A stretch of DNA of 64,000 nucleotides, taken from Somniosus microcephalus. Lineage: Eukaryota. Of this stretch, positions 1 to 10,700 are shown in pieces. Under the pieces are notes generated by a model. It worked only from the letters and a program-made list of their open reading frames with translations. It was not told the DNA's origin and did not search any database. The stretch covers positions 183,272,001-183,336,000 of the forward strand of contig CM126207.1 in NCBI GenBank assembly GCA_052327205.1, read 5' to 3'. The translations under genes were made by a program, and so were the position numbers. Positions within the stretch are counted from its first letter, which is position 1, and every line of letters starts with the position of its first letter.

Positions 1-8
1 CGGCAGTA

Positions 9-3000
9 ATGCAGCTACGGTCACCGGAACTCAGTACAAATAAATTGGGTTTGAGTACTGTAAAATGTTATCGTTGTGGAAAGACAACGCACGATCAGAA
101 CCAGTGTTGGTTTAAAAACCAAAAATGCAGAACGTGTGGCAGGCTTGGCCACATAGCTAAAGTATGCCGGTCAGGAAAGAAGACCAGCAACAAAAAGTCA
201 CCGCAAGGAAAATACATAAAGGTACACAAGGTGACAAAGAACAGTTCGACTGAACAGAAGTCAGATTCAGACGCTAGCAGTAATGAACTGGGTAGCTTAA
301 GAGTACACAACGTTGGTAAGGATGCAGATCTCCAGACAATTTGGGTCACCCTTCAGATAGCAGGAGTCCAAGTAAAGATGGAATTGGACACTGGATCGGC
401 ATTGACGGTCATGAATAAGAAAGATTACAAAAGGTTATTCCAACATATTCCCTTACGGGATACGGAGATTATATTGAAAACATACACGGGGCAAAGAGTG
501 TACCCCATCGGAAAGATAGAGGTAAAAGTGGTCCACAAGGGCGAAGAAAGCCAAGTAATGGACTTATATGTGCTACCTGGAGGAGGTCCACCACTACTGG
601 GACGGGAGTGGATTAGGAAAATGAATATGGACTGGCACTCCTTGAAGGCACTAACGGTAGATTCCGGGGAAACAGATGTCAAACCTAAACGATTGTCCAA
701 AATATTGGATGATGCTAAAGAGGTGTTCCAGCAGGGACTGGGAACACTGAGAGGAATTACGGCAAACATCAAGATTGATGGACATGCACACCCAAATTTT
801 TTTAAAGCCAGACCGGTACCCTATGCAATGCGACCTACTGTAGAAGCGGAACTGGAAGTGCTAGAACGTTCAGGTTTACTGTCTAAGGTAGATTGGAGTG
901 AGTGGGCTACGCCCATTGTTCCCGTTATGAAACGTCCTTCGAGCAACAAGCCAGGAGAACCAGGGAAGGTTCGCATCTGTGGAGATTTCAAAATCACCGT
1001 TAATCCGGTGCTTCACACGGTGCAGTATCTGCTTCCGCGGATTGAGGATATTTTTGCTTCGTTGTCTGGCGGGAAACACTTCACCAAGATAGACCTGGCG
1101 CAGGCGTACTTGCAGATGGAGGTTGAAGAAGAGGCACGCCAATACCTCACGATCAACACGCATCGAGGTTTGTACCGGTACAATAGGCTGGTTTTTGGAG
1201 TGGCATCGGCTCCAGCAATTTGGCAGAGGGCCATGGAGCAGGTATTACAGGGAATTCCAGGCACACAATGTTACCTGGACGATATTCTGATTACAGGTGA
1301 TGGTGATGAAGAACACCTCGCAAACTTGGAACTGGTGCTCAACAGACTGAAAGAGTATGGACTTAGAGTTAATCGGCAGAAATGTGAGTTCTTCCAGAAG
1401 CGGATCTCGTACTGTGGTCATGTCATTGACCGGGAGGGGCTCCATAAGTCTCCTGACAAGATAGAGGCAGTTGTAAAGGCTCCCGCTCCGGATAATGTCT
1501 CTCAGTTGAGGTCGTTTCTAGGATTGATTAACTACTACCATAAATTTCTACCAAATCTATCCACGGTACTGCACCCGCTAAATGCTCTTTTACAGAAGGG
1601 GGTACCATGGGAATGGAGCGAAAACTGTAAGAAAGCATTTCACAAAAGCAAAGAATTGATCACCTCAGAGGAAGTGTTGGCTCACTTCAACCCGACACTG
1701 CCTATTCAGTTGGCTTGTGATGCTTCTCCATATGGTATTGGGGCAGTACTCTCACACAAGTTGCCAAATGGCACGGAAAGGCCAGTCGCGTTTGCATCCA
1801 GATCATTGACCTCCGCTGAGCGCAACTATGCGCAGATCGATAGGGAGGCTCTCAGCCTTGTATGGGGAGTGAAGAAGTTTAATCATTACCTGCAGGGCCA
1901 AAAATTCACACTTCTGACAGACCATCAGCCGTTGGTATCCATTTTTAACCCTAAGAAGGGTGTTTCAGTGATGACAGCACAGCGTCTCCAGAGATGGTCC
2001 CTTTTCCTAGGGGCACATCAATATCAAATATAATTCAAAGGTACGAAGCAGCATGGCAATGCTGATGGGCTGTCGCGCCTGCCACTACCTGAAGAAGAAG
2101 AAACGACGAAAGTTGACCCTGTTGAGTTATTTCATTCGACCATCATCGAGTGTTTACCAGTCACCAATGCAAGTATTGAAAGAGAAACCAGGAACGACCC
2201 GACACTGTCCAGAGTCTACGAGGTGACAGTGAAAGGATGGCCAACACGTGGTGGTCCTCTGTTACCGGCATTCTCGGCAAGGTGAGACCAGCTGTCCGTC
2301 TGCCATGGTATGTTGATGTACGGGACAAGAGTGATTATTCCTCCCAAGTTAAGGGAAAGAGTTCTAAAAGAACTGCATGAAGGTCATCTGGGGGGAGTTA
2401 AGATGAAAAGTCTTGCTAGGGCTTATGTATGGTGGCCGGGTATTGACCAACAGATAGAGGAGTTGGCGAAAAGCTGCGCTGGGTGCCAAAAAGTGCAAAA
2501 TGCACCTCCGATCGCACCACTACACCCATGGGAATGGCCTTCAGCCCCATGGCAATGCATACATATGGACTTTGCTGGTCCATTCATGGACTCCATGTTC
2601 CTAATTGCGGTGGACGCACATTCCAAATGGCCAGAAGTGATCAAGATGAATACCACTACTTCAGAAAAGACAATTGCGGTGTTAAGAACAATATTTGCAA
2701 GGAACGGATTGCCAGAACAGATCTGTTCGGACAACGGACCACAGTTCGTGTCGGAAGAATTCCAAAAATTCTTAAAGAAGAATGGGGTGAAACATTATAC
2801 CTCTGCCCCATATCGTCCGGCGACAAACGGGTTGGCCGAGAGATTTGTCCAAACATTCAAAAAGGCAATAAAGGCCATGAATGATGATCAGATTCCGCTA
2901 CAGCACAAGGTGGACAATTTCCTAATGGCATATCGAAACGCCGCTCATGCAGTGACTAACCAAAGTCCTGCCATGATGTTTTATAACAGGAGGTTATGGT

Positions 3001-3452
3001 CCAGGTTGGACTTGTTAAAACCAAATGTGCGGAGGGAAGTGGAAAACAAACAGTTCCGGCATATTAATAACAAGACTACTCGAAGTTTCGACGTAGGACA
3101 ACCAGTGTTGGCAAGGGGCTATGGAAACGAAAAATGGCAGTCCGGAACAATTCAGGCCAGACAAGGACCTCTAATGTACACAGTAGATATTGGTAACAAT
3201 GTGATAAGGCGTCATGCGGGTCAACTGGTAGAATCGAGAGCAAGGGTCGAACCCATGGTTGCGACAGAGACAACTGTGGAACGCGTTAATGAACCTGAAG
3301 CATCTACTTTGGCAGGGAATGTACCTGAGGATGATAACACCCAATGCATGGGAGACCAACTAGAGGAGTCACCTCAGCAACAGGAATCAGAGACCACTGA
3401 AAGGCGTTATCCAAACCGAATCAGAAGGCCTCCTGAGAGACTGAACCTTTGA
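9..3452 (+). pseudogene. gag-pol polyprotein interrupted by two in-frame stops (TAA 2031-2033, TGA 2283-2285)
   Basis: Two CX2CX4HX4C knuckles (CYRCGKTTHDQNQC, CRTCGRLGHIAKVC), protease LDTGS, RT YLDD, RNase H CDASPYGIGA, integrase H..H..CAGC and DDE motifs (DFAGP, SDNGPQF, GLAERF). ORFs 9..2033 and 2310..3452 are in the same frame, and the gap translates as conserved sequence (*FKGTKQHGNADGLSRLP...). The frame is open from the window start, so gag begins upstream. Confidence 0.92.
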
Positions 3453-3517
3453 ACTGTTTATACCTGAAGTTATATATGTTATTATGTTATGTTAAATGGG
3501 GATATGACTGTTAAGCT

Positions 3518-3529
3518 AAAAAGGGAGGA
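3518..3529 (+). other. Polypurine tract of element 1
   Basis: AAAAAGGGAGGA lies one base before TGTGGTG, the presumed LTR start. Confidence 0.85.
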
Positions 3530-3530
3530 T

Positions 3531-3765
3531 TGTGGTGTATGTAACCTGTTCCACCTTAAGAGAACTTAAGCCTGTTCCACCTTAAGAGATGTACTACTTT
3601 CTCTGGCTGCTGTATACGTAATACGGGTGGTGACCACCGGTATATAAGCACTGTGTAGTAATATTGTATTTTAGTATAGTCCTGACCTCCAACCAGTAAA
3701 GACCTGTTGAACTTTAATCTTGTAGTCTGTGTTAGTAATTACAACTAGAACACACAGACTTAACA
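3531..3765 (+). repeat. 3' LTR of element 1 (right end approximate)
   Basis: Starts with TG after the PPT. Contains TATATAA (3641-3647), a poly(A)-like AGTAAA (3695-3700) and a U5 inverted repeat AGTCTGTGT/ACACAGACT (3724-3732/3752-3760). Ends ...TTAACA at 3765. There is no second LTR in the window to confirm the boundary. Confidence 0.7.
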
Positions 3766-3910
3766 CCTGTCACTGAATATTCTGTGAGTTCTGTCATAGT
3801 TGAATGATTAGGACAGTGGGGAGGCTCAATATTTGAGGAGGGAATTCCAAGAATTTGCCCTTAAAATAATTCAGCGCTTTAGAATAACTGCCATATTATC
3901 AAATGGTGAA

Positions 3911-4075
3911 GCAAAATACTGCGGATGCTGGAAATCTGGAATAAAAACAGAAAATGCTGGAAATACTCAGCCGCATTTCTGATGAAAGGTCATCGACCTG
4001 AAACGTTAACTCTGTTTCTCTCTCCACAGATGCTGCCTGACCCGCTGAATATTTCCAGCATTTTCTATTTTTATT
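3911..4075. repeat. Short inverted-repeat interspersed element, probably derived from a Penelope-like element terminus
   Basis: 3940-3971 (AATAAAAACAGAAAATGCTGGAAATACTCAGC) is the reverse complement of 4044-4075 with 2 mismatches. A hammerhead-like core lies between the arms. Family assignment is from recall and inference. Confidence 0.6.
3975..4011 (+). ncRNA. Minimal type I hammerhead-ribozyme-like motif (probably degenerate)
   Basis: CTGATGA (3979-3985), stem AGGTC-atc-GACCT (3987-3999), then GAAA-CGTT (4000-4007) with palindromic ACGT in place of stem III. Stem I is weak and there is one extra A before stem II. Confidence 0.5.
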
Positions 4076-4741
4076 ACCAAATGCTGGCTCCGTTGAACTT
4101 CCAGAGACAGCTCTCTGAGCAGAGACACTGATTGGGTGTAACATTGGAGCACGACTGAGAAACATTCGCTGTTGAAACCAGGGATGCCAATGGCCTGATC
4201 ATTATTATTGTCCCTCTGAGATGTATGTTAAACAACCCATTTCCCAGCCTGTCTCTCCCCATCAATACTCACACCCTCTTCCTATCAGGCAACAGCACCA
4301 AGAACAGACCTTTCCAAACGGCTGGTTCCGCCAAATTTAAGCAGAACCCAGAAAGATATCAGAAATAGAAATGGAGCTACAAATTCTAACTGGGTCAGAT
4401 TGTTAAATTAAGAATAACTTGGACCCAGAAGTAAGGGAGAAGACGGGAGGTCTGAGCTTTCTTTCACATAATAGAGAGGATCAGATTACAAAGTCTATTT
4501 TCAGCATAGAACTGAGTCTTCATATATATGGATCATCCCATCCCCCTCCCCAGCCCCCCATCACCCAGATAATCGACATTAATCTTAAATAAAAACTAGT
4601 TTCATATGTAGCTAATAATTCTAATTAACATCAAATATTTGAATTTATAGAAAGAAGATGTGGCTTTGGAAAGCAGGACCAGGTTCCCAGTGATACACTG
4701 GTTCAGCAAGCTCTTGGAAGCAGGTTATAAAACTGACATGA

Positions 4742-7700
4742 GGTGTGGAGACCGCCCTATATAAAGACCGCCCGGTATCGAGACTGCCCAGTTTAGAGAG
4801 CGCCCTGTGTGGAGACCGTCTGATACAGAGTCCGCCCAGTATAGAGACCACCGGGTATAGAGACCGCTCGGTGTGGAGACCGCCTGGTATAGAGGCTGCC
4901 CGGTACAGAGACCACCAGGCATAGAGACCGTCCGGTATGGAGATGGCCCGGTATGGAGACGGCCCGGTATGGAGACGGCCCGGTATGGAGACGGCTCTGT
5001 ATAGAGACAGCCGGGATGGAGACGGCCTGGGATAGAGACAGCCCGGGATAGAGACGACCCGGGATAGAGACAGCCCGGGATAGTGATCACCCAGTAAAGA
5101 GGCTGTCCAGTATAGAGATCGCCCGGGATAGAGACGGCCCGGGATAGAGACGGCCTGGGATAGTGATCACCCAGTAAAGAGGCTGTCCAGTATAGAGATC
5201 GCCCGGTATAGAGACCGTCCGGTATAGAGACAACCAGGTATAGAGACAACCAGGTATAGAGACAACCAGGTATAGAGACCGCTCGGTGTGGAGACCGTGC
5301 GCTAAAGAGACTGCCCGGTGTGGAGATCGTCCCGTACAGAGACCGCCCGCTACAGAGACTGCGCAGTATAGAGACTGTCCAGTGTGGACACTGCCCAGAT
5401 TAGAGAGCACCAGGAGTGGAGATCGCTCGGTATAGAGACCGGCCAGCATAGAGACCACACGGTGTGGAGACCGCCAGATATAGAGACCACCCAGTATAGA
5501 GAAAGCCCAGTATAGAGACCGCCTGATATAGAGACCACCAGGTACGGAGACCGCCTGATACAGAGACTGCCTAGTACAGAGACCGCCTGGTATAGAGACC
5601 GCCCGGTATGTAAACCACCCGGTATAGCGACCGCCTGGTATAGCGACAGCCCAGTATAGAGACCGCCCGGTGTGGAGACTGCCCGGTACAGAGACCATCT
5701 GGTATAGAGACCACCTGATAGAGACCACCAGGTACGGAGACCGCCCGGTATAGAGACCGCCCACAATAGAGACCATCTGGTATAGAGACCGCCCAGAATA
5801 GAGACCGCCCGGTGTGGAGCTCGCCCGGTGTAGAGACCACCCGGTGTGGAGATCGCCCGGTATAGAGAGTGCCCAGTATTGAGAACGCCTGGTATAGAGA
5901 CCACCCACCATAGAGACTGACCAGTATAGAGACCACGTGGTGTGCAGACCGCCTGGTATAGAGAGTGCCAGTGTAGAGACCATCCAGTATAGAGACCGCC
6001 CAGTGTGGAGACCGCCCGGTATAGAGACCACCTGGTACAGAGACCGCCCAGTACAGAGACCACCAGGTACAGAGACTGTCCGGTACAGAGACCGCCCGGT
6101 ATAGAGACCGCCTGGTATGGGGACCGCCCGGTGCGGAGATCACCCGGTATAGAGAGTGCCCGGTATTGAGGCCACCTGGTATAGAGACCAACCACCATAG
6201 AGACTGACCAGTATAGAGACCACGTGCTGTGCAGACTGCCTGGTATAGAGAGTGCCGGTATAGAGACCACCCAGTGTGGAGACCGTCCAGTATAGAGACC
6301 ACCCAGTATAGAGACCGCCCAGTGTGGAAACTGTCTGGTATAGGGACCACCTAGTATAGAGACCGCCCAGTATAGAGACCACCTGGTATAGAGACCGCCC
6401 AGTATAGAGACCACCCGGTATAGAGACGGCCTGTTATAGAGACAGCCCGGGATAGAGACAGCCCGGGATAGAGACGGCCCGGGATAGAGATGACCCGGGA
6501 TAGAGACGGCCCGGTATAGAGACCGCCCGGTATACAGGCCGCCCGGTATAGAGAATGCCCGGTATAGAGACCGCCTGGTATAGAGACCGCTCGGTATAGA
6601 GAATGCTTGGTGTGGTGACCACCTGGTATAGAGAATGTCTGGCATATAGACATCCCATTGTGGAGACCGTCCAGTATAGTGACCGTCTGGTATAGAGACC
6701 ACAAAGAAACAGCCTGGAGTGGAGACTGCCCGGTGTCGAGACCGTCCGGTATAGAAACCATCCAGTGAGAAGGCAATCCGGTATAGTGACCGCCCAGTAT
6801 AGTGACCGCCCGGCATAGAGACCGCCCGGTGTGGAGCCCGCCCGGCGTGGAGACCGCCTGGCGTGGAGACTGCCCGGTGTCGAGACCGCCCGGTGTGGAG
6901 ACCGCCTGGTGTGGAGACCGCCCGGTATGGAGACCGCCCGATATGGAGACCGCCCGGTATGGAGACCGCCCGGTGTGATCACCGCCCGGCATAGAGACCG
7001 CCCGGCATTGAGACTGCCCAGCATGGCGACCACCTGGTGTGGAGACCACCCGGCATGGAGACCGCGTGATATGGAGACCGTCCGATATAGAGAGCATCCG
7101 GTATAGAGGCCGCCCGGTATAGGGACCACCCGGTATAGAGACTGACCAGTGTGGAGACCATCCGGTATACAGACCACCCGGTCTAGAGGCCGCCCGGTGT
7201 GGAGACCATCCGGTATACAGACCACCCGGTTCAGAGACTGACCGGTATAGAGATTGCCCGGAGTGGACACGGCCCGGTATAGTGACTGTCCGGTGTGGTC
7301 ACCACCCAGTATTGAGACTGCCCGGCATAGAGACAGCCCGGTATAGAGATCGCCCACTATAGAGACCACATGGTATAGAGTCCATCTGGTGTGGAGACTG
7401 TCCTGTAAAGAGACCGCCCGGTATAGGGACCACCCAGTTTAGAGACTGCCCAGTGTGGAGACCGTCCGGTATACAGACCACCCGGTTTAGAGACCGCCCG
7501 GTGTGGAGACCGTCCGGTAAAGAGACCACCCGGTTCAGAGACTGCCCGGTATAGAGATTGCCCGGAGTGGACACCGCCCGGTATAGTGACTGTCCGGTGT
7601 GGTCACCACCCAGTATTGAGACTGCCTGGCATAGAGACCGCCCGGTATAGAGATTGCCCACTATAGAGACCACATGGTATAGAGTCCATCCGGTGTGGAG

Positions 7701-10700
7701 ATTGTCCTGTATAGAGACCACCTGGTATAGAGAGTGCCCAGAATAGAGATGCCCGGTATAGAGACCGTCCGGTGTAGAGTCCGCCTGGTATAGAGACCAC
7801 CCGGCATAGAAAACACCCGGTATAGAGACAACCCGGCATAGAGACTGCCCAGTGTGGAGACCGCCCAGTATAGAGATTGCTTGATATAACGACCATCTGG
7901 TATAGAGAGCGTCCGCTGTAGAGAAAGCCCAGTATAGGGAGTGCCCGGTATAGAGACCGCCCGATATAGAGACTGTCCGGTGTGCTCATTGCCTTGTATA
8001 TAGACCGCCTGGTATAGAGACCGCCCGGTGTGGGGACTGCCCGGTATAGAGACTGCCCGGTATAGAGACTGCCCGGTATAGAGACTGCCCAGTATAGAGA
8101 TTGCCCACTATATAGACCGCCCGGTAAAGAGACCATCCGGTGTGGGGACTGTCCTGTATAGAGACTGCCCAATATAGAGCGCGCCCAGAATAGAGATGCC
8201 CAGTATAGAGACCGTCCAGTGTAGAGTCCGCCTGGTGTAGAGACCACCCAGTATAGAAAACACCTGGTATAGAGACAACCCGGCATAGAGACGGCCCGGT
8301 GTGGAGACCGCCCAGTATAGAGACTGCCTGATATAGTGACCGTCTGGTATAGAGCGCGTCCACTATAGAGACAGTCCGGTATAGGGAGCGCCCGGTATAG
8401 AGACCGCCCGATATAGAAACTGTCCGGTGTGGTCATTGCCTCGTATAGAGACTGCCCGGTACAGAGACCGCCCGGTGTGGGGACTGCCTGGTATAGAGAC
8501 AGCCCGGTGTGGGGACTGCCCAGTATAGAGTCTGCCCGGTATAGAGACTGCACGGTATAGAGACTGCTCGGTAGAGAGATCACCCGGAGTGGACGCCGCC
8601 CGGTATAGTGACTGTCCAGTGTGGTCACCGCCCAGTATTGAGACTGCTCGGCATAGAGACCGCCCGGTATAGTGATCGCCCACTATAGAGACTGCATGTT
8701 ATGGAGTCCATCAGGTGTGGAGACTGTCCTGTATAGAGACCGCCCTGTATAGGGACTGCCCGGTAGACTGCCCAGTGTGGAGACCACCCGGAATACAGAC
8801 TACACAGTTTAGAGAATGCCCGGTATAGAGATTGCCCGGAGTGGACATTGCCTGGTATAGAGACTGCCCGGTATAGAGACCGCCCGGTGTGGGGACTGCC
8901 CGGTATAGAGACTGCCCAGTATAGAGACTGCCCGGTATAGAGACTGCCCGGTATAGAGACTGCCCGGTATAGAGATTGCCCTCTATAGAGACCACCTGGT
9001 GTAGAGACCATCTGGTGCGGGGACTGTCCTGTATAGAGACTGCCCAATATAGAGCGTGCCCAGAATAGAGATGCCCAGTTTAGAGACCATCCGGTGTAGA
9101 GTCCGCCTTGTATAGAGACCACCCGGTATAGAAAACACCCAGAATAGAGACAACACAGCATAGAGAATGTCCAGTGTGGAGACCGCCCAGTATAGGGACT
9201 GCCTGATACAGCGACTGTCTGGTCTAGAGAGCTTCCACTATAGAGAGAGCCCGGTATAGGGAGCACCCGGTATAGAGGCCGCCCAATATAGAGACTGTCC
9301 GGTGTGGTCATTGCGTGGTATAGAGACTGCCCGGTACAGATTCCGCCCGGTGTGGGGCTGCCCGGTATAGAGGCTGCCTGGTATAGAGACCACTCGGTGT
9401 AGAGAATGCTTGCTGTGGTGACCACCTGGTATGGAGAATGTCTGGCATATAGACATCCCATTGTGGAGACCGTCCAGTATAGTGACCTTCTTTTATAGAG
9501 ACCACAAAGAAACAGCCCGGAGTGGAGACCGCCCGGTGTCGAGACCGTCCGGTATAGAAACCGTCCAGTGAGAAGGCCATCTGGTATAGTGACCGCCCAG
9601 TATAGTGACCGCCCGGCATAGAGACCGCCCGGTGTGGAGCCCGCCCGGCGTGGAGACCGCCTGGCGTGGAGACCGCCCGTTGTGGAGACCGCCCGGTGTG
9701 GAGACCACCTGGTGTGGAGACCGCCCGGTATGGAGATCGCCCGATATGGAGACCGCCCGGTATGGAGACCGCCCGGTGTGGTCACCGCCCGGCATAGAGA
9801 CCGCCCGGCATTGAGACTGCCCGGCATGGCGCCCGCCTGGCGTGGAGACCGCATGATATGGACACCGTCCGATATAGAGAGCGTCCGGTATAGAGACCGC
9901 CCGGTATAGGGACCACCCGGTTTATAGACTGCCCAGTGTGGAGACCGTCCGGTATACAGTCCACCCGGTTTAGAGACCGCCCGGTGTGGAGACCGTCCGG
10001 TATACAGACCACCCTGTTCAGAGACTGCCCGGTATAGAGATTGCCCGGAGTGGACACGGCCCGGTATAGTGACTGTCCGGTGTGGTCACCACCGAGTATT
10101 GAGACTGCCCGGCATAGAGACCGCCCGGTATAGAGATCACCCACTATAGAGACCGCACGGCATAGATTCCATCCGGTGTGGAGACTGTCCTGTAAAGAGA
10201 CCGCCCAGTATAGGGACCGCCCGCTTTAGGGACTGCCCAGTGTGGAGACCGTCCGGTATACAGACCACCCAGTTCAGAGACTGCCCGGTATAGAGGTTGC
10301 CCGGAGTGGACACCGCCCGGTATAGTGACTGTCCAGTGTAGTCACCACCCAGTATTGAGACTGCCTGGCATAGAGACCACCCGGTATAGAGATTGCCCAC
10401 TATAGAGACTGCACAGTATAGAGTCCATCCGGTGTGGAGCTTGTCCTGTATAGAGACCGCCCGGTATAGAGAGTGCCAGGAATAGAGATGCCCAGTATAG
10501 AGACCGTCCGGTGTAGAGTCCGCCTGGTATAGAGACCACCCGGCATAGAAAACACCCGGTATAGAGACAACCCGGCATAGAGACTGCCCAGTGTGGAGAC
10601 CGCCCAGTATAGAGACTGCCTGATATAGCGACCATCTGGTATAGAGAGCGTCCACTGCAGAGAAAGCCCAGTATAGGGAGCGCCCTGTATAGAGACCGCC

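Larger units (their letters stand above)
1..3765 (+). mobile_element. Ty3/Gypsy LTR retrotransposon (Mag-like), 5' end outside the window
   Basis: Domain order gag zinc knuckles-PR-RT-RNase H-integrase, followed by a polypurine tract and a TG-starting LTR. Integrase after RT/RH is the Gypsy order. The Mag assignment is from motif recall (twin CCHC, WATPIVPV, RICGDFK, DLAQAY). Confidence 0.93.

Noticed and set aside
2031-2285. Programmed stop read-through in element 1 pol
   Set aside because: The stops fall within or just after RNase H rather than at the gag-pol border, and are single-base changes from sense codons (e.g. CGA to TGA); decay is the simpler explanation.
95-3359. Short antisense and alternate-frame ORFs over element 1 (and likewise over element 2)
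   Set aside because: These are shadow ORFs of pol with no recognisable motifs.
3531-3540. Elements 1 and 2 being the same family because both LTRs begin TGTGGTG
   Set aside because: The LTRs are otherwise dissimilar and the pol proteins are clearly divergent.
3899-4265. Small ORFs over the inverted repeat
   Set aside because: The shared peptide NKNRKCWKYSA on both strands simply reflects the inverted arms.
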